The notes beneath the pieces were generated by a model. The model did no database searches, was not told the origin of the DNA, and was given only the letters and a program-made list of their open reading frames with translations. A stretch of 64,000 bases of DNA from Balanoglossus misakiensis (taxonomy: Eukaryota > Animalia > Hemichordata): the NCBI GenBank assembly GCA_040954595.2, contig CM082585.2:4613358-4677357 (forward strand), in the 5' to 3' direction. The translations under genes and the position numbers were made by a program. Below, in pieces: positions 1 through 14,200 of the stretch (positions are counted from its first letter, which is position 1; each line of letters starts with the position of its first letter).

Positions 1-216
1 CATATCAGTGTCATTTTCTTACCGAAACGGCGTCAGAAAGAGAAATTACGATCGTGAACCAAAATGGCGACGACGAATGTAAACACGCGCGGCCGGGATC
101 GAGCATTAAACATGCAGCAGACGACAAAAAGTGACAAGACGGGCATCGCGCGTGGCAAAGCGATAAATATATCCACAGAGCAGTTCCAAAATAAAACGTC
201 CGTTAATTCAACAGTA

Positions 217-1406
217 CAGTGGAACGCCGATTATCCGAACCTGTTGGGCGGGTTAGATTTTGTTCGGATAATTGATTGTTCGGATAATTGATTTTGGCAC
301 GTCCGAACAAAGGAAATTGACCACACCATTGGGGCATGCGTATGTTACGATGTTTCCCACATGCACATGCATTTTCCATGCACTCACAAAAAGAAGTTAA
401 TAAAACAATAAAACACAATTCGTCTTCTTTTATATAAAAAAAATACATATATTAAGAGTTCAAAAGGTTAAGAAAGAAAAAAAGACGAAGTCAAAGCTGC
501 AATGTTCTGATCCGTTCAACATCGTATGTGGCCGGTCATCGTACCAAACCATGAACGTGCGTAGGCCTTCCATGGCCTCGGTAGATTTCGCTAGAGCTGG
601 TGTCTCGTTCTCTTTATCGTCCTAATTTTTCATGCCATGAGTTTATTTCTGAGAAACAAAGTCGATGATTTCATCATACGTTAATGTTTCGAAGCTGTCA
701 TAGTTCTCGCTAGTCTCCAAATCTTCGATGTCAGTGACATTCAAACCGCGCTAAACAAGCTCTCCGCACGAGGTCACTTCCGCAAGTGACGTCTTGGCTG
801 TCATTCATATCGGCGCTGCCATGGTCACCGACCGCGACCCGACACGCCTTCACTGTGTCGCGGAATGAAGTCCACGCGTTTGAAAAGCCGTGTCTTTGAT
901 GTTGACACCCCGGACGATCTCCGCCGTCTGCTCGCACGAGTCGAAGACGGGCGATCTCATCCAACCCATGGCTTTCATTTGTATTATCAACGACAGTGCT
1001 AAGCTTATTTCGGCGATAAATCTACTTCACACTATCAAAAAATTGACCAAAGCCGTGCCGACGCGACAAGTGATTTTGCGTGTTTTACACTTGAGTGTGA
1101 AATCCCAGTGTCGAATGTTACGATACCCGAAAGTGTGGCACTCTGTTGTCGTAAAATGATTGAAATATTCAATGATAAAGACGTTTTTAACACGTCCCAC
1201 CGCCCTTTACAACAGAAACAATAAGAACTGACCAAAGAAAACTGCCCGAAATGTCAGTTTTCCTGCGGAAATGTCACAGACTGCCGAGAAAACAGGTGCT
1301 TGGCATGGCTAATTAAAGGTTCAGGGACCGTACCCGGGACCGTACCAAAGCGTTCGGATAATCCGAAATTCGGATAATCGGCGTTCGGATAATCGGCGTT
1401 CCACTG
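217..1406 (-). mobile_element. Non-autonomous Tc1/mariner-superfamily (pogo/Tigger-like) DNA transposon
   Basis: Perfect 24-bp TIRs CAGTGGAACGCCGATTATCCGAAC (217-240) and GTTCGGATAATCGGCGTTCCACTG (1383-1406), flanked by TA on both sides (215-216, 1407-1408). Subterminal TTCGGATAAT repeats at both ends. The minus-strand interior has stop-interrupted peptides (ETLTYDEIIDFVSQK, STEAMEGLRTFMVWY) reminiscent of a decayed Tigger transposase C-terminus. Confidence 0.85.
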
Positions 1407-1727
1407 TATTTTGTTTTATTTATTTGGTTTAAACACGCGCGACTGTGGTTTAACCGCACATTTTTGCTGCCGAATGCTAGTTCAGGGGCCCGTTTTACCA
1501 CTGCTAGCCATGGTAAAACAGTATTTTACCATCGCTGGATTCAGCTCTCGTCCAATCAGAATCACAGACGGTAGCATGATATAATATAATATTCAACAAA
1601 TGAATTTTGCAGGTTCTTTCCTTGATGTGTATGTCCTCAACCAGTGTGTGTGTGTGTGGCAAAAACATGTAAACATAACATACCAGCAGACAGATTATGA
1701 ATGAATGTTCATGCCTTATTTTTCCAG

Positions 1728-1850
1728 AATGTTCAGAGGTGTACAGACTGTACAGAAATTCAAATAAGTTACATGAACTTGGCAGGCTATTGGAAGCATT
1801 AAATAGCAAACTTAGGCATAAAGTTGAAGCTGGTGCTGAATCCTTTGATG
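1728..1850 (+). CDS. Upstream coding exon of the C2H2 zinc-finger gene
   Basis: tttttccag acceptor ends at 1727 and GTAAGT donor starts at 1851. Open 123-nt phase1-phase1 exon (CSEVYRLYRNSNKLHELGRLLEALNSKLRHKVEAGAESFD) that splices in frame to the acceptor at 2787. Confidence 0.7.
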
Positions 1851-2787
1851 GTAAGTAAGCATCAAGTCTTACTGTTACAATGGCAGTATATAGCTTAGAC
1901 CTCCATGCTGGTACATATCACTCATCATTTAGTTTCTATCCTGCTGTTTCTTGTCTCTGCAAAGAAAGGTGGCGCATACGAAATTATTCTTTCCAATAAT
2001 TCAGCCAACAGAGAATAAGATTTTTCTTACAAAAAAAACGGATGAAATATTGGCAGAAGTTGCATTTGAATCATGGAGGGAAAAAAAGCTTGTTGCTTTT
2101 TTTCATGGGATATGGCATGGACCATTTTCATATATGGGTATGGTGTTTTAACAGTGTTGCAATAAATCTTGCTCTTCGAATATGTGTAAACCTAGCATGT
2201 CCTCATTCTGCACTTGGTCATTGATAATTTTGCCAAAACTGTATAGTGCATATCATAAACCTTCTTGTAAGTAGCTAATTTGAGTGAAAAAGCACATCAA
2301 TTTATCTCTAAAATAAAGATCACTCAATTTTGTGTGCTTAAGAAAAACTTTACGAAATCATTAATTTTTTCTATTTTCTTGATTTTCTAGAGTACAAGTA
2401 GTATTTATATTTACACATACAACATGGAGAAAACTAAAAAAATTGTCATTTGTCTAAACACATACTTGAATAAAAATGTAGGTCAATTTACAGATGTTGC
2501 GGAAAAATACATATCCGAAGACTGAAAAGCAACAGAGACCACTGTTGACACACACAGAGAACACTAGTTGCCACGAGGCCAACATTTGTAGTGGCAGTAC
2601 CAAATCAAAATCACATTTCTCCTATACATCCTGTGTATATCCAAATGTAACGTAAAATAAATGACCATGATTACTATTGCTAACTGCATGCATGTCATTT
2701 GCATACACACTGATGTTATACATTTGGATTTTTTCCCCTTTGAGACAATTTTCCTAACCTTTCCAGATGTTTGTTTCCATCCAACAG

Positions 2788-4100
2788 ATGTGTCCCTGAT
2801 AATCCACACCCTGGCACACTATGGCCATATTGAATTGAACCCACTGGATGATGTCATCAGTGGAGATGTTGAACGAGAACTTGAGAGAGCACAGGGGCTG
2901 AACCTTGATGGCCAAACTGGACAGTGCCTAAGAGGATCAGTAATTGAAGAGTGTAGTACCGGTAGTCAGCAAGAACACACAGAGGTCTACACAAGTGAAA
3001 GGACATATTCATCCAGTGAATGTGGGAAAACATTTACGCAAACTGGAAATCTGAAGGTACACATGAGGATCCATACAAAGGAAAGACCATTTGTTTGCAG
3101 TAAATGTGGGAAAACGTTTACACAAAATGGAGATCTGAAGGTACACATGAGGATCCATACAAAGGAAAGACCATTTGTTTGCAGTGAATGTGGGAAAACG
3201 TTTACACAAAATGGACATCTGAAGACACACATGGGGATCCATACAAAGGAAAGACCATTTGTTTGCAGTGAATGTGGGAAAACGTTTACACAAAATGGAC
3301 ATCTGAAGACACACATGGTGATCCATACAAAGGAAAGACCATTTGTTTGCTGTGAATGTGGGAAAACATTTACACAAAACGGACATCTGAAGTGGCACAT
3401 GAGGATCCATACAAAGGAAAGACCATTTGTTTGCAGTGAATGTGGGAAAACATTTACACAAAATGGAGATCTGAAGGTACACATGAGGATCCATACAAAG
3501 GAAAGACCTTTTGTTTGCAGTGAATGTGGGAAAACGTTTACACAAAATGGACATCTGAAGACACACATGGGGATCCATACAAAGGAAAGACCATTTGTTT
3601 GCTGTGAATGTGGGAAAACATTTACACAAAATGGAGATCTGAAGAGGCACATGAGGATCCATACAAAGGAAAGACCATTTGTTTGCAGTAAATGTGGGAA
3701 AACGTTTACACAAAATGGAGATCTGAAGGTACACATGAGGATCCATACAAAGGAAAGACCATTTGTTTGCAGTGAATGTGGGAAAACGTTTACACAAAAT
3801 GGACATCTGAAGACACACATGGGGATCCATACAAAGGAAAGACCATTTGTTTGCTGTGAATGTGGGAAAACATTTACACAAAACGGACATCTGAAGTGGC
3901 ACATGAGGATCCATACAAAGGAAAGACCATTTGTTTGCAGTGAATGTAGGAAAACGTTTACACAAAATGGACATCTGAAGACACACATGGGGATCCATAC
4001 AAAGGAAAGAACATTTGTTTGCTGTGAATGTGGGAAAACTTTCAAAAGAAATGGGAATCTGAAGGTACACATGAGGATCCATACAAAGGAAAGACCATAA
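2788..4100 (+). CDS. Terminal exon of a tandem C2H2 zinc-finger protein (13 fingers, first degenerate)
   Basis: Repeated CxxCGKTFTQNG[D/H]LKxHMxIH-TKERPFV units in ORF 2661..4100. Acceptor ccaacag ends at 2787, so ORF sequence upstream is probably intronic. Stop codon falls immediately after the last finger. Confidence 0.92.
3006..4097 (+). repeat. 84-bp coding minisatellite, 13 units (zinc-finger array)
   Basis: Near-identical 84-nt units (…gaaagaccatttgtttgcagtgaatgtgggaaaacgtttacacaaaatggacatctgaagacacacatggggatccatacaaag…). Confidence 0.95.
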
Positions 4101-5059
4101 AGCTAATCTTTAGTCCCTGTTCACATTGTGTTTGGCATAGTCCTGGCCGACGTCGTTTCGCCGACCTTTGACCTTATAGAGCAGAACCATGCTGGTCCTC
4201 TTCTGGTTGTTTATACGATTTTCACCATTGTCAAATGATAGACTACACTGTTTATGTCAATTGTAAAAGATGTCAACTAGGACCATAGTCGGACAAAACG
4301 TGTCCACACACACCAGGCTGGGAAAACTGTCAATAGATGACAAATTTTCGACTTTGCTGATGATTGTTTATCAACTGATGCAAAGAACAAACAATAGCTA
4401 TGAAAATACGCCTAGTCTGTCGCCCAGTGACACCAATCGGAAAATGGTATCACCCACACCAAGGTGGGCGGAAGTTGGTCCTGGCGCATTTTTTCCCATG
4501 ATTCAAATTACAGTAAACGCCATATTGGAAATTCTGCCAACTTTCCCTAGATTTTGTAAAAAATCGCGCGACCTATTCATGGCGAATATGTTTTTTTTTT
4601 CTGAAAGAGAGACATCAAAAATACCAAATTATGTAGAAATCAGCTACAGCGGATTTCCCCTTTAATAATTGTGTGCACACACATGATGCATTGCTATGTG
4701 GAGGGGGTCACACTGTTTTCGAAGTGGGTGGGGGTCCTTGGGGGACCAAATTTTGTAGAGTAATTTGCGAAGATATTTGGCTTAATTTGGGCATAATTTA
4801 ACCATAAACAGGTCAAATTGAGACTTGAAACTGCAGCTAAAATGTTAATAATGATCTGTGGAAGAGACCGAACGTCCAGCTATCACTCTACGGTAACAAT
4901 TCACCAAAGAGGGCGCTGTTCATACTAGAAACCGCACACTGCCACAGACTTGTTTCTCATTCCGTTTCACCATCGCTGAAGCTCGAAGCCAAACTCGTTA
5001 TCAATGTATGCCACACAAAAAAACAAGGAATCTGGTTAACATTTACACATAATATAACA

Positions 5060-5065
5060 TTTATT
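5060..5065 (-). terminator. Candidate polyadenylation signal ending a ~3-kb angiomotin 3' UTR
   Basis: TTTATT (AATAAA on minus) at the end of an AU-rich, UTR-like tract downstream of the angiomotin stop. Position is inferred, not proven. Confidence 0.35.
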
Positions 5066-8000
5066 ACAGGTTTGAACTTTTGTTTGACAAAAGTTACAAA
5101 ATATTTACATGAAATATATATGGCGACGCAAGGAAAATAATGGTTGAGCTAAAAACAATGGGTTGGCAACTATTGCAACAGTGGCTAACATATTCATAAT
5201 AATTTGTTAATTTTAAATGTGACGCAAATAAACACAGCTTATAAATATAACCTGCCTGCTGTACTAGCTTGTGTTGTTCTTTTGTCGTATCATACAGAAG
5301 TAGATAATTAAAAGTTAGTTTTCTCTTCGTAATGAATATATAAACTCTACAGTCAAATGAATACATACAAAAGCAGTGTGTCGCAGCCTTTTTCTTACAT
5401 GAGGTCAAAGTTCAACAATAAGACACCAGCTTGAACTTAAGAGGCAAGACTCAGCCAACAAACAGTGTGGGGTTTGTTTGTTCCGGCACTTCTCGCCTCC
5501 AAGTTGCTCAGCTGGATGACAAAACATTGTGCAGTCATGTTTGGGTAAATAAAATACATCACAGAGTTTGGGTTTGGAACAAGTCCGTGATCGTGTCGTA
5601 GGTCATCCATAGCGATGCTGTTCGATAATGATTTCTTTATGGTTTTTCCTCTGAAGACTGAAGTGTAAAGATTTGTACCACCGGTATATTTTACACTGAT
5701 CTGTTTGGGTTTTTGTACAATTCAGGATAAGAGCTCACCAATATGAAATCTCCCTTTACAAACAGCACGATATACATTTCATAACAATGATGGGAAAATA
5801 TTAGAAAACATATATGAAAATACAACCTTTTGGTTTCTTCAATGTTTTCAAGTATATAAAAGTTGGTCGGGTATATCTTATTTACAGTTTCACTATAGTG
5901 TGGCAAGGATGGAAAAGTTTCAGGTTATCTGGGTAAGAAAACCCTGTGAATCACAAATTTCTATATTGTCATTAAAATATACGATCACCTCCAATTTACA
6001 CACGACCATATATGGCAGAAATTGCGCTTTTGAGTGTTCTAAAGAACATATTGTGGCACTCACTGAAAATCTGTGATTGGCTAGATCTGAGTTTGCCATG
6101 GTAACTGCAGCTAAATTTGCATAGGTGACCGTATACCTTTAAGTATGTAATCATTTTGGGTAACCACTTGATTGAAAGTCACAACTCATGTTTTCGACAG
6201 GCAAATCAAGAACATTGTAAGTTCACCGTCTCTATTGGGTTGTGACGATCGACATACAAGAATCTGTACATTGAAACTCAGTATGAATGCACAACACAAT
6301 TTTGTGTGTTCACTCACCAAGTATGCAAATATTGGAATCATGGTTCTTGCTATTTTGTGAAATACATTAATATTCAGCGGTCCTCGATTTGAAACTTGGT
6401 GTAGGTTTCTTGTTGCTTTCCACTGTAGACATGGGTGACAAATTTCCTGCACATTTTTTTTCAATAAAGAAATGACTGAGTGAAGGGATTTGTCTCACCA
6501 AGTCCACAGCTATGCAATGTCTTTGTTCTAACACTTAATATGTCACGGTTTGCTATTCATGTTATGAGAATATTTTTCCTCTTCAGAAACATTCATAACA
6601 TACACATCTTAGAGTTCAATACAAAAGTCATATTTCTTCAATTTGTACAAAATATCACAAAGTTCTTCGAAACAGTATGTTCAACGCGAGTCCCCTTGGA
6701 ACCCACAGTTATAAGGCACTGAAAAAGTACAAGTTGCCAAATGCGTCAAGGTTGTTCCACTGACTGTTAAACGGATTGTGTTCAACTGTTTGTACATTGT
6801 TTTCTCCAATGTTCACTTGTGTGTGTGTGAAATATTTCCTCCACAGGTCTCAAAATGTCTGAAATCTCTGTTCAATATGCTCCGGTCAAAGGTCATCCAC
6901 GTACTATCCGTAAATTCCATCAGGGGAAAAAAACAGAGAAAATGAAAAGTAAAACTAAGAAAATACCAGTAACTAATTTACATTCAACACACAAAAAATC
7001 AATTTAACTGATAATTTGACATTATGTAACTAAAATACAGAAAAACAATCCAAGTGGGAAGCCATCATAATATAGTGTTAAAATAAGCAATGGAATTTTA
7101 AAAGTTTCTATAAAACCAATGATTTTCGTTTTTTTGTAGTATGAAGAATGAAATTTGACCAAGAGCATATTTCCGAAATAAACCAGAAAAAAATTTAGCT
7201 TTTTTTCCATTACCACCAGGAAGTGCGACGCCATGATCAAAATAACAAAATCTGTCGTAAAAAATGAGTCTGGATTTTGAAAAGGAACAGTGCACCAGCT
7301 AACACGCCATTTTGTTGTAATCAGGACAAGACTTTTGTCATTTTGTGGAGTCACTATTTTCTGTTAATGTTTACAGAAAGATGTCTGGACAAGTTGACCA
7401 TGGAGGATATTCACTCGATCAGCTTAGTTGGTTTTAGGGACAGTCAAAAAATATGGAGTTGATTTCATTTTTTTCCACTGTCCACAATGAGTCAGTGTAC
7501 CCCACCATACACTGACTTTCATTTTTGATAATTGTGCATGTCTGTGTGTGTGTCAAGACGTCATCAAAACACAGATGACAAGCCCAGAATGTTTGTTTGT
7601 TTGTCTGTCTGTCTGTCTGTCTGGGACTGTGTGCCAGCACAGTAATTCATGTTATTGTTCTGTCAGTCATGTGTCTGTCAATCAGTCGGTCTGTCTGTCA
7701 GTATGTACAGAAATCCCCTACAGAAATTTACAATCATAAAAATATACAATTGCCAGGGCCTTCCAAGCTGCACTACTTGCATCTAACTGTTCAAGTAAAT
7801 TTCTGTAGGGAAAAATAAAAATATAATCTCCGTCTTGCCTTAACGGTAGTCTTCTAACAGCCAAATTTGCATGTAAAGATACTAACTCTCCCTCACCTAT
7901 GAAAAGATAGAATGCATAGATTGTCGAATTTTCCAGCCAACTTTTTTTTTGTCTTTTTGCGTTTACCATAACTTTCTACACCCAGCCACTTGGAAGCTTT

Positions 8001-8204
8001 GTCGACGTACTCCTGGTCTAGCCTTCACCTAGATTTGCAAGACTACTTGCCGTCTTCTATTTACATATTGCTGCTGCTTGGGGTGTGTCCCCCTGTAATG
8101 TGTATTGCTGCGGCTTGGGGTGTGTCCCCCCTGTACTGCACCATTGCAAGCGGTGTCGCCGCGAAGCACTGTTCACAAAGTCTTCATGCAACAAATTTTG
8201 TTCG

Positions 8205-11200
8205 CTAGATTTTGAAGAAACTACTGCCAGTGTCTGGAGGAACTTGCAAAGTCTGTAGGATGGAATCCTGGCGAAAAAGAAAGTGAAAACTCCAGTCAAT
8301 TTTCCGTCATTTGTTTTTATAGGAACAGGTTTGTAATTTTTCTTTTTTTTTAACCTAACAAAACAACAGACAAGCAAAACAATACTGATCACACATTTAC
8401 TCATATAAAATATCTGTAATCATTTTAGCAAATGCTTAACATAAATTCCACATGGCCACCAATTACAGAAGCGTTTCTAAAAACCACTGTACATCATTGT
8501 TCAGTATCAGTTTAGTATAAGAATGAATGGCAAACATATCAATCTCACCTGTTGTGCTAGTTCTCTATCCAGTTCTCTTATTCTCTCATTTTTCTCCAGA
8601 CTACTATCACTCAATGAAGTGTCTGTCAAAGCAAAAAAAAAAAAACATCACACAAGGTGAATGGTTTGAAACACACTCTTCTCCCCCCCCCCCCCCATCA
8701 ACCACCATACAATGGTCTGTCCCCATTGTTTTCAATCATGTGGGTGGACCTTATTACTTTAAAATAATAGTGAATGGGTGGAAAGCTGTAACTATGCCGA
8801 TGTAAGAAAACCAATATTTGATAATGATTGATAATGACTGATAATGGCTGAGAATTCTATTTCATACCCACAATCTAACACTGGATTGTACAGAGACTCT
8901 AAGAAGTGGTAGTTTTACAAATTACGGTCCAAGCAATGAAGAACAGTGACCGGATGGCGGTTTGGACAAGTCAAGATGTTATATTTTCACTGTGGTTTGT
9001 TTGTTTGTGTTTGTTTGTTTGTCCGATAGAGATATAACGGAAATCATCACAGCTCTTCTTATAAACCAAGTGTACATAAAATAACATTGGTCTTGTTGGC
9101 ATACTTCCTGGTACACGTACAAAAGACTATACAGCTCAATACTAAAGCGATGGTTCAATATATAAATATGGAAGCAGATCAACGGTAGTAGCTTTTCACA
9201 GAAACCACAACTAATTTTTTACAATCTCACGTAAAAATGATGACTTAATTCCTCGAAAGATTTCAATGGCGCAAAATCACTTACCAATCATTAACATCGG
9301 GTTGGAGCTGTTCAGCGACGAGTAGGAATTGCTAAATCCTGCCATTCTCTCCTGGGATCCAGATGCCGAGCCCCGACTCATGGATTTCATGGTGATATTC
9401 TGCAATGAGCCCATCGGTGACGCCGATGATCGTAGCAGTTTTTCAAGCGACGACAATGCTCGGTCTTTCTCGTAAGATTGCTGTTGTAGCACCGAAATGT
9501 AATTACTCTTTTCGTTCAACTCGTACGTTAGGGCTCGAACCCTGTGAAAAGAAAATTGCAGTTTGTGAGAAACACATGGTGGAAAATAGTAGGGGGAGAA
9601 AATAATTCTTTTTTTCTCAGATCACTTTCAGTGTTACAAGAGATGAGCTGGAAAAGATCCGAGTATGTAGAAAACGAAAATATCCTTCAAGATCCGATGA
9701 TATAGTATTTCAAAGACTAAAACTGTCCTTTGTAAAGAGAATTAAGGGAACACATTTATTTGACCAAACATCACACTTGTGTGAAAACTAAAATACATTC
9801 TGGTCATCAACGAAATTTGTAATAATACCTTGTTTCTAAGTCTGCACATTTTTTAGTGACGGCAAACGCTTCATCCATTTGTCTCTTCCGTTCCAACTGA
9901 AACTCCTCCTCGGGGCTAAATTCAAGAGTTTGGTATCTGAAGGTGCAATATTATGGGATATAATATTGGTGAGATGAACACTGATTAGCATACACCAATT
10001 TTGACAAATGTAGTCATATATATTCTTGCCATAAACTTAAATCGTTTTTTTTTTACTTTGTGCTAGGGGGTCAAAACACGTACTAATAATTGCCTCCTGG
10101 GTGTTTAGAGAAATAATATTTCGAACTGTATTTTACGACTTCCTCTGGTCAGAAATTTCCATTTTCGTAGTTATCATATTGAACCTGTTCAACTTTTTGC
10201 ACATTTTGTATTTTTTCTATTACAGTTTGACCAATCACATCAAGGGTGTTTCCCTATTGGCCTTGCTTTGAGTCCGAATTCATGACGGCTGCGTGAGGGC
10301 GCTACACTTATGAAAATGGTGTATGAGAGACTGTTTAAAACGGTGGACATACTTTGGACTGAATGTTGGGCTAGGTGGATCTACACACTGCTTCAAAGCC
10401 ACTTCTTCAAGATATCTCTGCTCCCACTGTCAACGAAATAAAATACACCAATATAAACTGTTAGTAAGAACTCTTTCTTTTCAGCACATTTCAACAGACA
10501 TCCCATTTACATTCATAATCTATTTCCAGCATCGACTAGAATTTCTGACAAGTTTTCATTCACGTTTCTCTCACACAGCAAGAGTCTCTCTCTGGCCGCC
10601 ATGTTCCATTAATTATGTTTGATACAAGACACCGTTTATGTTATTCTACATTTGGATATAAAGAGAATGAACGTTCAACCACAGACAACTTCCACCCCAC
10701 TTGTAGACACGAGAGTGAAAAACTCGCCAAAATGAATAATCAGTGTTGACCATTTATTCATTCTGGCAAGATTTTTACTCTCATATCATACGGAAAAGGG
10801 GCAGCGAGAGAGAGAGAGACATTACACCCAAATAAAACGACACACCTTTTTCAAATGTGCTAATAATATAATGAGATGAAAATGTCAAACATAAGATAAT
10901 TGAAAAATTTCGCATTACCTTGGTTACTTCTGCTTCTAATGACATAATCTTCTCATCCCTTTCTTTCAGCAATACCATGAGTGTGTGCGAGTTATTTGGT
11001 GACTCTAACGATACACCTTCATCGTGTTCTTGATTGGCAACTGCATTCTGTTGGAAATTGTCCAGAAATATCAAATTTTAGGCATTTTTTTATAGTTTGT
11101 ATGATTTGCATTTCAAACAATGATTTGGCAGACGACAATTTTAATATAGGTACCAGACAGCTAGTCAAATGCAACTGCTGTCAAAGTCTACCTTTCAATT

Positions 11201-14200
11201 GGACCACAGAGACATTGTAACAGAAATTTTCAGCTACATGGTGATTGAGTCGGTCAAACAGAAAACAGAAACGCCAAAAATAACTGCAGACACTCCACCA
11301 AGTTGTCACCACACGACTGACTTCTGCAATATCACATGTCGGATAAATCCAAGTCTCACCGACCGGTACCAACATCCTCACCTGCTGAGCTCGCAGCATA
11401 TCAATTTCCTTTTCTAATTTCAGTCGCAACTTTTTCTCTAACTGTTCTCGTTTGTCACAGGCGTTCTGAAGAGCCACAACTGCTTTCTGAAGTTTCTCCA
11501 CCCTGTCCACATAAACTTGCTTCTTTTGACTCTGTGTGATTCACAAAAGAAATGATTAGAGAATTAATAACTGTTTTCAGTCATTTGTTAGCCAATATAT
11601 ACATGTCATGATGCCAGCAAGAATATTACACTTCATAATGAAAAGTGACGCAACCTTCACACAATTCTGAACACAAAAAAGTTTTCCTGCCCTCCAGTAC
11701 TTTTGTATGAAAGGGGAATATTCAAAAACTGCACCGACACCTTTGAAAATTTTGAACTTTGGATTTCTTTCAAGAAGAACCTTGATATAGTTTTTCTTGA
11801 GACGGTTTTTCAAAGTTAGAATTTACTTGCTAAATGCTAAATGAGTTCACACAAGAAGATACAATTGAAACAAATTTACATATTTTTTTCCATAAAATAT
11901 TACTTTTTCTGCATTTCACCTAAAATTTTGATCAAGCACCATTGGCATCGGAAAATTGTGTCCACTTGGTCCAAAATTTAGGAAAATAATACAGAAAAAT
12001 TATGCAAAAAATGAGAAAATGTTGCATCAGCATTTTGTGGCTTAACTACACCAAGTGTAACTAATATGGACAGGGGTGACTCACCTCTTCCTGCAGCCTG
12101 ACAACATTGGCCTGGGCATTAGACAGCGCTGTGTCCAATACATCTATGTGTGTTCTCTGTTCCGACAACGTTGCTCTCTGGGCTGCAAGCTCAATTTCCA
12201 CTCTCTCTTTGTTTGTCAGGTTTTCTTTATCTGTTGTGGTTGACAAAATGACATTTGTCGGTCAAACGTGTCGTCTGATGCTTTGCATTCAACATCCACA
12301 ATATTTTGATACTGTATCTTCAGTCAGAGTTGGCTATACTTTTCTCAAATTTTGATCAAGATTTTTGGTTAGGATATAGGCCAATGTCTCATGATTCTCA
12401 AAGAAAAGAAAGATTGCAAAAAAAATTGAAATATGCAAAACTTTATGCAAAAAATTTGGCGGGAAATGATGTAACGGCAGACAGCAGTCTACATAAATTT
12501 GTATTAACCCTTTCACCCCCGGTTCCTTCTTCAGAGGTCCAACCTTATCACAGGAAACAACGGGTTTGGGCTGAACCATGGTGGTGAAAGGGGTGTGGAG
12601 ACACACAGACACAACTGCTACTTACGTTGGACAATCAGCTGTGCAATGATGGCGTCTCGTTTTCGCAATTCTCTTTTCAAAAGATCGATATCTTCACTGG
12701 CTGGAGATTCCTTAGCCTGTAGTTGTGTTCTCAATGTCTCAATTTGGCCTGAGGATAAAAAAACATAGATATTATTAGCCACAGAATAAAATACAACAGA
12801 ATTCAAGCTTACCAAATATGTATACCTTGCGATAGATTCAATTTGATATGTATGGGAACTGACCTTCGCACTGTTTTCACAACAAATCTATAAACACACA
12901 AAGTCATCAACTTTTCCTTATATTTTGCTCAAGGTAACTTATACTAGTCTCTCTTAAAATTGAGAGAATAAAATTTACAGGTCAATGTAACCAAACACAA
13001 GCAGGTCTGAAAAAATCTGATTTACGGAAACACACAAGTTGTATACTTTGTTTTCAATGGCATCTGAAGCATTTTGTACGGGTGGGAACAGTCAATCATT
13101 TCAGACTACATCATGTGACCTTCCAAACCATTAAGGCATGCGACTCAATGCGACAAATTTCAACAATTATGTTCGTAAAACAAAGCAATGACAGTAATTC
13201 TGTACAATCTGGTCGTTTTACTTTCACATTGCTCAAATTTTGACTTTCCACTGTCCGGTCAGTAATCGTAGTTGTATTTCATGCCTCACTGTCTGTCTGT
13301 ACACACTCCGTCCATACAAGAACTCCAAACTCAGCATCAATTTCCTGCCTATTGTCACAATGTGTGAAACCGACCTTTACATTCCACACATTCATTTAAA
13401 CTGCCACAGTTTCATTCTCCCGCGGTCATGATTTCATAGTTCAACCATGTTCAGCCGTTAATTAATAAGACCATTTTCGGCCACCCATTTTTTATTCAAC
13501 ACAGCATTCTGTAGTCGGTTTTGATTCATCTGCAGGGAGTTGATTCTGTCTTCCGTTGACACTAGCTTTCCCATGCCTATTTTGCACTAAGACCGATCAA
13601 TTAAGACATTATTGGGCCAAGCATCCATCCACCCACCCACACACACACACGACATCCACTCATCTGTAACTCCAAAAACACTCACCTTTCAGTTCGATGT
13701 TCTTCTCTTGCGTTTTCTTGAACTCCGAGTCTAGTTTATGCCTCATGGCCCTCTCAAGATATTCCCGTTTGGCAGTGGATTTGACAAGCTGATCGTAGGC
13801 CTTCTGGACTTGATGAATATCTTGCTCAAACTGTGGACGCAATGTTGACAGCCGTCAAAGTCAAGACACAAGAGGCCAAACAGATAAAGTAAAACACATT
13901 CATACCACATTACCAATAAATTCTTCTCATTTCTGCATTTTAATTCACCACCATAATTTACCTTCATTGTTGTAGTCAGATCAATACACTACTAAATCAA
14001 TGTATTTAATTTAATTTAAATTCTACACTAAGTATTGTAAGTGTCAGACATGTAAGTATCATAATGACAGAGGCACAAATTCTGTACATTCTGGTACGTA
14101 CTTCATAACTAACAACCGTGTCCCCCTATTTTTATTTATACAAAACTTGCTATTTTTTCCTGATATACATTGTACAAATCTCAATTTCTTACCTTTTGAA

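Noticed and set aside
2987-4082. Two long minus-strand ORFs (361 and 357 aa)
   Set aside because: Antisense shadows of the 84-bp zinc-finger repeat, which lacks stops in those frames.
2661-4100. Calling the zinc-finger gene PRDM9
   Set aside because: No PR/SET, KRAB or SSXRD sequence is visible in the window. Only the array architecture is similar.
4110-4665. Possible transposon or 131-aa ORF after the zinc-finger stop
   Set aside because: No matching inverted terminus or TSD found, and the peptide has no recognisable domain.
8066-8140. 37-bp direct duplication just after the angiomotin stop
   Set aside because: Two-copy local slippage in the 3' UTR with no further structure.
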